From Desulfovibrio sp. (GTDB taxonomy: Bacteria; Bacillota; Dethiobacteria; DTU022; UBA8154): a stretch of 64,000 bases of DNA. The position numbers and the translations under genes were made by a program. This document shows, in pieces, positions 31,494-38,641 of this stretch (positions are counted from its first letter, which is position 1; the number at the start of each line of letters is the position of its first letter). The notes beneath the pieces are model-generated. The model did not search any database, had not been told where the DNA came from, and was given only the letters and a program-made list of their open reading frames with translations. The DNA lies in NCBI GenBank assembly GCA_020060185.1, contig JAGVAS010000056.1:3734-67733 (forward strand), written 5' to 3'.

Positions 31494-33184
31494 AGTTTTT
31501 TGCGCATGTAAAAAAGGCCGTACCCGAGGAACAGGAGGGAGATCATTGATAGCGCCGCTCCCCAGCGGTAAACAGGCGTTTTTTCCAGGTAGATTACTAT
31601 TTCGTGCTCACCGGCGGGGATGCTCAACCGCAGCAAATTTTCGTAAACTTTATAGGGCCAGGGCTCCCCATCCATCTCCACCCTCATTCCGTCCAGGGCA
31701 GCAACGGGAACGATTACGTCAACATCATTTTCAACCCGGCAGCTCATTACGTAACCATTTTCAGTGGCCTGATAATCGAGCAGAGGTATGAGCGAAACGG
31801 CAGTGAATTCTGACCTTAAAGCAAATATGTCTTTCAACAGCTCCTGGGCTACGGCATCCTTTGTAAGAAAGGCATGGTGGACCAAGTTCCCGCTCAGAAA
31901 ATGGATCTTCTTGTTTCCGACAAGCCTGTGCCCGTAAACGGGTGCGCTCATCCCGTAGTAATCAAATTCGAGTTCTACTTCGTCCAGTCCCTGGAGCGCG
32001 AAAGTTTTCCAGACCTCTATATCCTCCAAGGAAAAAGGATCCAGCTGGTATCTATCGCCTTTGCGTCCCACAAGGCTTAGCGGATCCCGGAGGAAAACCA
32101 TTTCGCCGTAGACCCCCAGGAATTCCGGCTGCTTTGCCAGAACGTCTTCCGGCATCCCCATAAGCTCGACGAACACCTGCCCTCCGGAAGCGGCGTAATC
32201 CAGGATAACCTGTTCCGCTCTTGCCTTGGACCTCCATTTTGCCCCGTATAGAATAACGCTGCTGTACCTGCGCAGGTCTTCAGGATCGTAGCTGTCAATG
32301 TAACTGGAAACACCCATTTCTACATCAGGAAAGTGCATGGCGATAGAAGGGGCATATTCACCGATTACGAGGCAGTCATCTTTCATCTCAACCAGGTAAG
32401 GCCTGTCGATACCGGCATGCCAGATGCTGATCCCGTCTATTGTTACGATGTGGCTGTATCCGGCATTCTCCGCTTCGAGGGAAAAAGTGTGCGGGTCCTT
32501 AATTACATCGTCCTTGACGAGCAGATCTGTCGCTCCCAGAAAAAGGCAGGAACGAAACAAAAAGGGATAATACTGGAATTCTAAACCCGTGTTGAGGAGC
32601 ATGATGTTATTGGAGGTGGTAGCGCCCTGCCAGGCCCATCCAAACACCTGCTCCCTGCCCGATGCTTCCACAAAAAGATAGGAAGGAGCTGAACCAAGCT
32701 GGCTTAAATCAATGGTAGCCACGCGCCAGCCGGGGGCAGCCTGTAACATCTCTGCGCTTTCCATCAAGTTATGCGCTCTCGCGCCGGTATGGGCAAGCAG
32801 GCGTACGGAAAAAAATGAGTCGAGTAAAAATGCCGCTGAAAGTATAATAACAATAACAATAACAGGCCCTGCTTTGCTAAAAGGAAATCGAAAAGGAAAA
32901 GCCCATTTTTTGACTGGAAAAAAAGCCAGGCTGGAAGCAATAATAGAGAGCGCCGCAAAGCCGGCAAAGTAATGCGGCCACAGCAGGTGGCTTAAAGGAA
33001 GAAGTAAATATAAAAGCCGTAGCGAAGGAAAAGTGAATACTATTAAGATTGCTCCGCAAATGGCCAGACTTTTGGCCCACGGCGGTTTTGAACGCCATGT
33101 CAAGATAATAAGGGGTAGGGCAAAAATAATGCTGATTCCCCAGTAAAAAGCCTCCCGGTCAGCAAAACGATAAAAAGGATCCAT
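31490..33184 (-). CDS. N-terminally truncated paralog of the PTPS-related polytopic membrane protein (copy A; corresponds to the C-terminal 564 aa of 48045..51506)
   Basis: 564 aa collinear with residues about 590-1153 of the 1153 aa protein (DPFYRFA.REAFYWGISIIF...VYRWGA.LS..SLL.LGYG.FY.RKKL). Confidence 0.6.
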   Translation of the reverse strand: MDPFYRFADREAFYWGISIIFALPLIILTWRSKPPWAKSLAICGAILIVFTFPSLRLLYLLLPLSHLLWPHYFAGFAALSIIASSLAFFPVKKWAFPFRFPFSKAGPVIVIVIILSAAFLLDSFFSVRLLAHTGARAHNLMESAEMLQAAPGWRVATIDLSQLGSAPSYLFVEASGREQVFGWAWQGATTSNNIMLLNTGLEFQYYPFLFRSCLFLGATDLLVKDDVIKDPHTFSLEAENAGYSHIVTIDGISIWHAGIDRPYLVEMKDDCLVIGEYAPSIAMHFPDVEMGVSSYIDSYDPEDLRRYSSVILYGAKWRSKARAEQVILDYAASGGQVFVELMGMPEDVLAKQPEFLGVYGEMVFLRDPLSLVGRKGDRYQLDPFSLEDIEVWKTFALQGLDEVELEFDYYGMSAPVYGHRLVGNKKIHFLSGNLVHHAFLTKDAVAQELLKDIFALRSEFTAVSLIPLLDYQATENGYVMSCRVENDVDVIVPVAALDGMRVEMDGEPWPYKVYENLLRLSIPAGEHEIVIYLEKTPVYRWGAALSMISLLFLGYGLFYMRKKL

Positions 33185-34190
33185 GGATATCGCTGGCTGA
33201 TACTGTCCAGGCCCAGATTTAGCTCGGAGAGGGCATCTTCCAGGCGGTTGTAAAAGTACATAGCCATGTTTTCCGCCGTGGGCTGGAAAATGTTAAAAGG
33301 ATGAAGCTCGTTCAATAAACTGTTTTCGTATTTCTCAAAAACAGACTTGATGCATTCCATAATGGGGCGAAAGGTATCAGCTCGTGCTCATTAGGAGGAA
33401 TACTGACCTTCACGTGGACCTGCCAGGAGTGAGCGTGAATTGGCCCGTCGTTTTCGTCCAGCGAAAAGCGGTGGCGAGCATTAAGAAAAGAAAACAGCCG
33501 GATGGAGTAAGTCTTGGGTTCAGCAAGCAGCTCCGGTCTTCCGTGCGGATAGACAATTACTCCTTCTTTGCCTGAGATTTCCGAATATCGTTCTGCTCCC
33601 TCTACGTCGTTTTTTTTGCTTTCATCCGCTCAAAATTTACTCCATATCTGCTACCTCATGGAGGCCAGTTCATTATTTAAACGGGCCATTTCGTCTTTAA
33701 TAATATTTGCTTCTATTTTTTTGGAGGCAGCAACAGCTTCGGCATCAACTATAATGCTCCGAGCTGAAAGATGATGCCTGGGCTAAAGCTCTCTTTTTCT
33801 TGACTGAAGCTCTGCTCTAGGGAACGTTGAATATTCAAAAAAAAGAATTCTTTGCAATTCGGAGGCATGCAGCCTGCACTTTTTTATCTTCTCCAGCAAC
33901 CCCTGCAGTTCTTCACGTAATTCATTTTCCTGCTGCTCTAAATGATGTTCAGGTCTTTCTTTAATAGAAATATAAATCTTCCCCTTATATTTGAGATCAT
34001 TTAAATTTTTCTTTAAAACGAGCTACTTTTTCCTTGAGGTTTAGCAGCTCCTGGTTCCTTTTCCTTAACTCATTTTCCGCTTCTTCAATTATTATCCTGG
34101 CGGTTGCCTGTGCTTCTTCTTCAATTTTCGTAGCCCTTTTTTGCGCTTCCCGAAAAACTTCGGCAATTAAATGGACCTAGCCCTTCTGGT
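33100..34190 (-). pseudogene. degraded remnants: QueD/PTPS-like domain fragment (33100..33360), DivIVA-like coiled-coil fragment and a divIVA gene fragment (about 33990..34190)
   Basis: 33100..33360 encodes ..HPFNIFQPTAENMAMYFYNRLEDAL (PTPS C-terminal motif). Nucleotides 33880-33960 match 51470-51580 and 33990-34170 match the divIVA gene 52020-52200 at high identity, but the reading frames are broken. Confidence 0.5.
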
Positions 34191-34695
34191 CATTTGGACG
34201 AAAGATGAAGCTGACAATTTTATCCTGCAAGGAAACAGATATCTCGAATTTGATTCCATAACTGTATTTCCATTTAAAATTATTTTCGGAAAAATTAGCA
34301 AACTCCCTGACCACTTCCCCTTCCACATCCAGTGATACTTTCTTACCTGGATCAAGTTCGATCTCAAACGTCAACTGCAAGCTGCAACCAACCTGGAGGG
34401 GGTTTTGAGTGGCAAAAATTGCTCCACCACTAGAGATATTCATAATCAACCCATCATATAACCTTTGTTGCGGTAAAATTGCATACTTTGCCTCCAGGTT
34501 TACCGGTAACCGGGCAAAGCGCCTGTGTTGAACCCTCCTGAATTTCGCAATATCCTGTAAGACGCAAATGTGATTCTTCGACCGTTTAATCTCCACCACT
34601 GTGGCTTCAGAAAAATACGTAGCATCGTCTTTCTGCGCAGTTTCAATTTGAACCCTTTCGCCGGGTTTTAGCCAACTTCCTGGGGCATCCAACAA
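34177..34695 (-). CDS. PilZ domain protein (c-di-GMP receptor; YcgR-like N-terminal domain)
   Basis: 172 aa; RRFAR (RxxxR) followed about 25 aa later by NISSGG (D/NxSxxG). Confidence 0.65.
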   Translation of the reverse strand: MLDAPGSWLKPGERVQIETAQKDDATYFSEATVVEIKRSKNHICVLQDIAKFRRVQHRRFARLPVNLEAKYAILPQQRLYDGLIMNISSGGAIFATQNPLQVGCSLQLTFEIELDPGKKVSLDVEGEVVREFANFSENNFKWKYSYGIKFEISVSLQDKIVSFIFRPNDQKG

Positions 34696-35084
34696 CTTAA
34701 TTATTATTCTTTGTTGATCATCCTGTGCTAAAATAGAAGCACCAGATCACCATATTTTTCACCCCTGATTCTTACCTGTTGCCCCGGCTCTATAAAACTT
34801 TCTAACATTGATTTTTGCCCCTTTCCCTTATCAGGGCTTTTTGAAAAGGGCTTATTATTTACCGTACTCCAGAACAAGCAGTGTGCACAAATTCGTATCC
34901 TGCCGAATCAACTCCATCCTCGAGGAATTAACATTGTTGGCATACTTTTCATCTAATTTTCAGCGAATAGTCATTTATTTCCTCCTCAAATTAATAACAG
35001 CATATACGCAGATCATTTTTTATGGGAAAAAATGCTACTTTTTTTCTTATCTTAAAGTAGTATGTACCGCTACGCAAAAAAAAT

Positions 35085-35165
35085 TTGGATTAAGGTAAAT
35101 ATTTGCCAAACGCCGAAATTGCTGGTCAAAGGAAACCGCATTAGTTATTTTAACCTGTCCATTCA
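35085..35165 (-). pseudogene. 3' remnant of a vapC (PIN) gene
   Basis: Minus strand encodes ..NAVSFDQQFRR.. and the nucleotides are about 90% identical to the 3' end of vapC at 37414..37490. Confidence 0.4.
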
Positions 35166-35185
35166 GTATACCATTCAGTATATGA

Positions 35186-35263
35186 AAAAAGACAGCAAAC
35201 AGGCCTGTTCCGGTTAAGGAAACAGGCCTGTTTATAAGCTATAACAATTCCCATTTTTACCAG
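35186..35263. repeat. intergenic repeat family, copy 2
   Basis: GACAGCAAACAGGCCTGTTCCGGTTAAGGAAACAGGCCTGTTTATAAGCTATAACAATTCCCATTTTTACCAG. Confidence 0.6.
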
Positions 35264-35308
35264 ATGAGCTCACATCAAAATCAGGATATTTATCCCGTTA
35301 AAACCCAA

Positions 35309-35548
35309 TTAGCTTTTATTATAAGCATCCAGAAAATCATCCCTTGAAATGCCAGCCTGAGTACAAATTGTTCGTAATGTCGATGCCTTTATTGTATTAT
35401 GGTTCGGCATTGTTAAGGGAGTCTTACTTCCATCAGGATTTTTTCTTTCCAATGAAATGTGTTCTTTTTCTCTAATTACACAAAAACCCAGAACTTCAAG
35501 TGTTTTAACTACTCTTCGTTTGGGAGCATCAACAGGAAACTTTTTCAT
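35309..35548 (-). CDS. hicA: HicA family toxin (mRNA interferase)
   Basis: 79 aa; VKTLEVLGFCVIREKEHISLERKNPDGSKTPLTMPNH..LRTICTQAGI matches the HicA/YcfA pattern. Confidence 0.7.
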   Translation of the reverse strand: MKKFPVDAPKRRVVKTLEVLGFCVIREKEHISLERKNPDGSKTPLTMPNHNTIKASTLRTICTQAGISRDDFLDAYNKS

Positions 35549-35553
35549 ATAAA

Positions 35554-35793
35554 TTATACTCCTGCTTCTGCAATAAATGCTTCAAGTACAGATGATTCAT
35601 TAATAATCACATCATCTCCAAAGGTTTCGATATGAAATTTTATTGCTGATTTTACATCTGAAAGAGCTTCTTCGTAGGTATCCCCTTGCCCTACCACTAC
35701 ACCCTTTAGTCCTAAAGGATAAGCAACATATCCATCAGAATGTTTTTCCACAATAACCTTATATTGCTTCATTAAAAAACCTCCGCATTCCAA
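35554..35793 (-). CDS. hicB: HicB family antitoxin (UPF0150)
   Basis: 79 aa; KVIVEKHSDGYVAYPLGLKGVVVGQGDTYEEALSDVKSAIKFHIE. Confidence 0.7.
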   Translation of the reverse strand: MECGGFLMKQYKVIVEKHSDGYVAYPLGLKGVVVGQGDTYEEALSDVKSAIKFHIETFGDDVIINESSVLEAFIAEAGV

Positions 35794-35873
35794 TTGTGAT
35801 ACTCTTTTTTATTATATTATAGCAAATACCTATCTTTTTTTCTACTTATTATTTTTTCGGACCTGTTAAAAGT

Positions 35874-35970
35874 AGGCAGCAAACAGGCCTGATCCGGTTA
35901 AGGAAACAGGCCTGTTTATAAGCCATACAATTTCCATTTTTTTCAGGAAAGACAGACCCCTTTTGGGAGG
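35874..35970. repeat. intergenic repeat family, copy 3 (upstream of hicB-1)
   Basis: GGCAGCAAACAGGCCTGATCCGGTTAAGGAAACAGGCCTGTTTATAAGCCATACAATTTCCATTTTTTTCAGGAAAGACAGACCCCTTTTGGGAGG. Confidence 0.6.
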
Positions 35971-36040
35971 AAGTGAAAAGAACGTTGATTGAATCTCCTG
36001 GAAAACGCTTCATTGATGACACGGAAGGACAGGACGGTGG

Positions 36041-36250
36041 TCAGTTTTCTTCCCACTCTTCTTCTAAAATTCCTGCCTGTCTTAAAATTTCTTTAATAAG
36101 GCTAACTCCAATATCGTTTCCATGCGGGTTAGGAATACGAATTTTTAAGGAAGCTTTTTTCATAAATGAGTGCTTGCCACCAGAAAATGGGCCTTTAAAG
36201 CCAAATTTCCGAAGCCCTTTAATCAGATCACGCCTTGAAATCGATTTCAT
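36041..36250 (-). CDS. hicA: HicA family toxin
   Basis: 69 aa; RDLIKGLRKFGFKGPFSGGKHSFMKK...HGNDIGVSLIKEILRQAGI. Confidence 0.75.
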   Translation of the reverse strand: MKSISRRDLIKGLRKFGFKGPFSGGKHSFMKKASLKIRIPNPHGNDIGVSLIKEILRQAGILEEEWEEN

Positions 36251-36495
36251 GTTTCTTTCACTGCTATGTTTAAATCAATACTTCTAATTAATGGCAGGGA
36301 ATCTCCATCCCTTATCTTCATTAATAACCATTCTTCTAATACTTCCTGCAATACTGCTCGACATGTTTCTAGTGTTGACTCGTTTGACCATACACCCGGG
36401 CAACTTTCAATTTCTCCAAAGAATGTTCCATCTTCAAGAATTTTATATTTCGCTTCTTCCATTGCTGCATTAATAAACTTAGTTAACATAGCCAT
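36247..36495 (-). CDS. hicB: HicB family antitoxin (start revised to MAMLTKF..)
   Basis: GGAGGT RBS 6 nt upstream of ATG at 36495; YKILEDGTFFGEIESCPGVWSNESTLETCRAVLQEVLEEWLL; consensus promoter TTGACA-18-TATAAT at 36532-36561. Confidence 0.7.
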   Translation of the reverse strand: MAMLTKFINAAMEEAKYKILEDGTFFGEIESCPGVWSNESTLETCRAVLQEVLEEWLLMKIRDGDSLPLIRSIDLNIAVKET

Positions 36496-36692
36496 AAGCT
36501 TACCTCCACTGCTAATGAATCCTATACAAATATTATAATATACGAAACAAAAGCCTGTCAAAGCAATAAAAATTAATTTAAGATAATATCAATTTCCATT
36601 TTTTACAGGATGTTTCTTCAAACTGCCCGTAATTTAAACTTAAACGGATAATAGAAACGAAATTAAAAAAAGAATCCCCGTTACCGTCTGGA

Positions 36693-37091
36693 TTAACTTT
36701 GCTCCGGGGAAACAGGCTTATACAAAAGGACTTCAGGAATAAAATTAAAGTGATGATCCAGGGAATAGACGTAAGCCCTGTTATTAATGGAAATGGCCGC
36801 AATTAATAAATCTGTCAGAGGGATTGTCAAGCCATCTTTCCTTAACCTGAATGAAATTGAGCCGGATAATCGCCAATCAGCAATGTTAGATTCAAGAAAT
36901 GGAACAGCATCTATACAACCAAGTAATCTGTCTAATTCTTGTTCTGTTTTTACTCCTTGTAAAAGTTCTGAAACGACCGGTCCTACCATATATGTTGTTC
37001 CGAGCAGTAACTCCCTATCGATAAATGCAACTATTTCAGCTTTTTTCTTAAAATATTCTATCCAGATAGAGGTATCAACTATGATCTTCAT
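36693..37091 (-). CDS. vapC: PIN-domain toxin VapC
   Basis: 132 aa; IVDTSIWIEYF...acidic residues typical of the PIN fold; overlaps the upstream antitoxin gene. Confidence 0.75.
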   Translation of the reverse strand: MKIIVDTSIWIEYFKKKAEIVAFIDRELLLGTTYMVGPVVSELLQGVKTEQELDRLLGCIDAVPFLESNIADWRLSGSISFRLRKDGLTIPLTDLLIAAISINNRAYVYSLDHHFNFIPEVLLYKPVSPEQS

Positions 37092-37314
37092 TTTCTTTTA
37101 ACTCCGCTTCTCTAAATCTTTTAACTGATTCTTCATCTATATCAAGATTGCCCTTTAAAGCCATAAAAGCTTTTATTTTTTTTAGACGGATAGCATCTTC
37201 CAGGGCATTTTCCACAGATTTGGAACGGCTTCCTGTTTTGTAGAGTCTTTCCACTTCCCTGATGATATTTTCTGAGATGTTCAATGTCGTACGCATCTTC
37301 ATCACTCCTTTCAC
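37075..37314 (-). CDS. vapB: VapB-type antitoxin
   Basis: 79 aa; MRTTLNISENIIREVERLYKTGSRSKSVENALEDAI; upstream of and overlapping vapC. Confidence 0.6.
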   Translation of the reverse strand: MKGVMKMRTTLNISENIIREVERLYKTGSRSKSVENALEDAIRLKKIKAFMALKGNLDIDEESVKRFREAELKENEDHS

Positions 37315-37413
37315 AATTATTATACACCATATTATTATGATTAATCAACTACAGGTGAACTACTCTCCAATAAATTAGTTTTTCGGACCTGGCTCTACCA
37401 ATGAAAACTTGGA

Positions 37414-37803
37414 TTAAGGTAAATATTTGCCAAACTGCCGAAAATGCTGGTCAAAGGAAACCGCATTATTTATTTTTAACCTGTCCATTATCACAAAACT
37501 TGTGGCATCAGTAAGGGGAAAATTTTTGTCCCGATACTTTTGCAATAGCTTTATTGCTTTTCTTTCGTCTTCCGGCGTAACCCATTCTACCAACCACGAA
37601 TCTACCTCTAAAAATCTCAGGGCAATTTCTCTTCCTGCACGCTGCAATAAAAGAGCATGGGTCTCAATCCTGATATAGTTCGTCATAACCAGTACGCTAT
37701 TTTCTTTTGCCAATTTTTGAAAAATTTGTTTTGCTTCTACATGATTACTATCCCTTGCATTCATAGCTGCCACTATACCGGAAGTATCCAAAAAAATCAT
37801 CAT
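37414..37803 (-). CDS. vapC: PIN-domain toxin VapC (second copy)
   Basis: 129 aa; MIFLDTSGIVAAMNARD...LTDATSFVIMD PIN motifs. Confidence 0.75.
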   Translation of the reverse strand: MMIFLDTSGIVAAMNARDSNHVEAKQIFQKLAKENSVLVMTNYIRIETHALLLQRAGREIALRFLEVDSWLVEWVTPEDERKAIKLLQKYRDKNFPLTDATSFVIMDRLKINNAVSFDQHFRQFGKYLP

Positions 37804-38063
37804 TCATCTTCCTCTGCCAAATATTTATCGTGTTCTTCGGCCAAGTTCTCGGCTCCTTTAAAACTTCCGATCAGGTTAAAAAACGTACTTTTTTCGGAGA
37901 AAACAGGAACTGTATCGTTATCTTTAATGGCCTTCATACGAATTTCGTCATTATCCAGTACAACAAATATTTTGGATCCTTTCTTTAATTCCAGCTTACC
38001 CCTGATCTCCCGGGGCAACGTCAATTGTCCCTTACTGCTCAAACGGACGATATAAGATTCCAC
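37800..38063 (-). CDS. AbrB/MazE/SpoVT-type antitoxin (start revised to GTG at 38063)
   Basis: AAGGAGGT RBS 8 nt upstream of GTG; IVRLSSKGQLTLPREIRGKLELKKGSKIFV swapped-hairpin AbrB fold motif; 4-nt overlap with vapC. Confidence 0.65.
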   Translation of the reverse strand: MESYIVRLSSKGQLTLPREIRGKLELKKGSKIFVVLDNDEIRMKAIKDNDTVPVFSEKSTFFNLIGSFKGAENLAEEHDKYLAEEDE

Positions 38064-38178
38064 GGTTAAATACCTCCTTACAAGTAAGACTATTCTTACA
38101 TGTATTATACCAGCTAAGAACAATTCATGCAACTTTAAGTATATTAAAAAGATAACAAATAAACCTGTTCCGGTTAAT

Positions 38179-38320
38179 ACTACAGCGAAAGATCGTTTAT
38201 TTTGTTACACCGCTAGCCACGGGGACGGTTCCATCGTCTACCCTGGCGGCCCTTCGCTGCGCTCCGGGGACGTGTGAGCCGTCCCCATGGCACCGCTAAT
38301 TGCTAAATCTCGCTGTAGTG
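38179..38320. mobile_element. MITE-like small insertion with about 10-bp terminal inverted repeats (ACTACAGCGA) and an internal 12-bp GC-rich inverted repeat, nested inside a repeat-family copy
   Basis: Left end TACTACAGCGAAAG (38179-38192) versus right end CTCGCTGTAGTG (38309-38320); internal CCACGGGGACGG (38217-38228) / CCGTCCCCATGG (38279-38290); it splits the repeat unit into two halves. Confidence 0.45.
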
Positions 38321-38393
38321 TTAAGAAAACAGACCTATTGTTATGCCATAACAATTTCCATTTTTTACAGGAGGGACAGACCCTTTTTGGGAG
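38318..38393. repeat. intergenic repeat family, copy 4 (right half; left half at 38151..38197 separated by a nested insertion)
   Basis: AGTGTTAAGAAAACAGACCTATTGTTATGCCATAACAATTTCCATTTTTTACAGGAGGGACAGACCCTTTTTGGGAGG. Confidence 0.55.
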
Positions 38394-38641
38394 GAACTGG
38401 AAGAGCGGCAGCTTTTACAGTTCCGACCCGGGTAAGGAGAGGCAGGTCTTTAAGGATAGGAAGTAGAGCTCGACCGTAAAAAGGAAAACGGGCTTTGATG
38501 GAGAAATTATACAAAGAAAGCATAAATTTAGTTATATACAGTTATATAAAACTGTATTCTCCTAACGGTATTAAACCTTGTTCCTCCCTGTTGTTTCTCC
38601 CCCGGATCGGGAACAATCTACACAGGAACAGGAGGCCCCGG

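Noticed and set aside
35973-36287. 104-aa + ORF with GGGAGG–GTG
   Set aside because: It overlaps the well-supported hicA on the opposite strand, and the SD-like sequence is part of the repeat tail.
38198-38300. Possible tRNA or structured RNA in the GC-rich segment
   Set aside because: There is no cloverleaf or T-loop consensus (GGTTCGAATCC-like). It is better explained as the inverted-repeat core of a MITE-like insertion.
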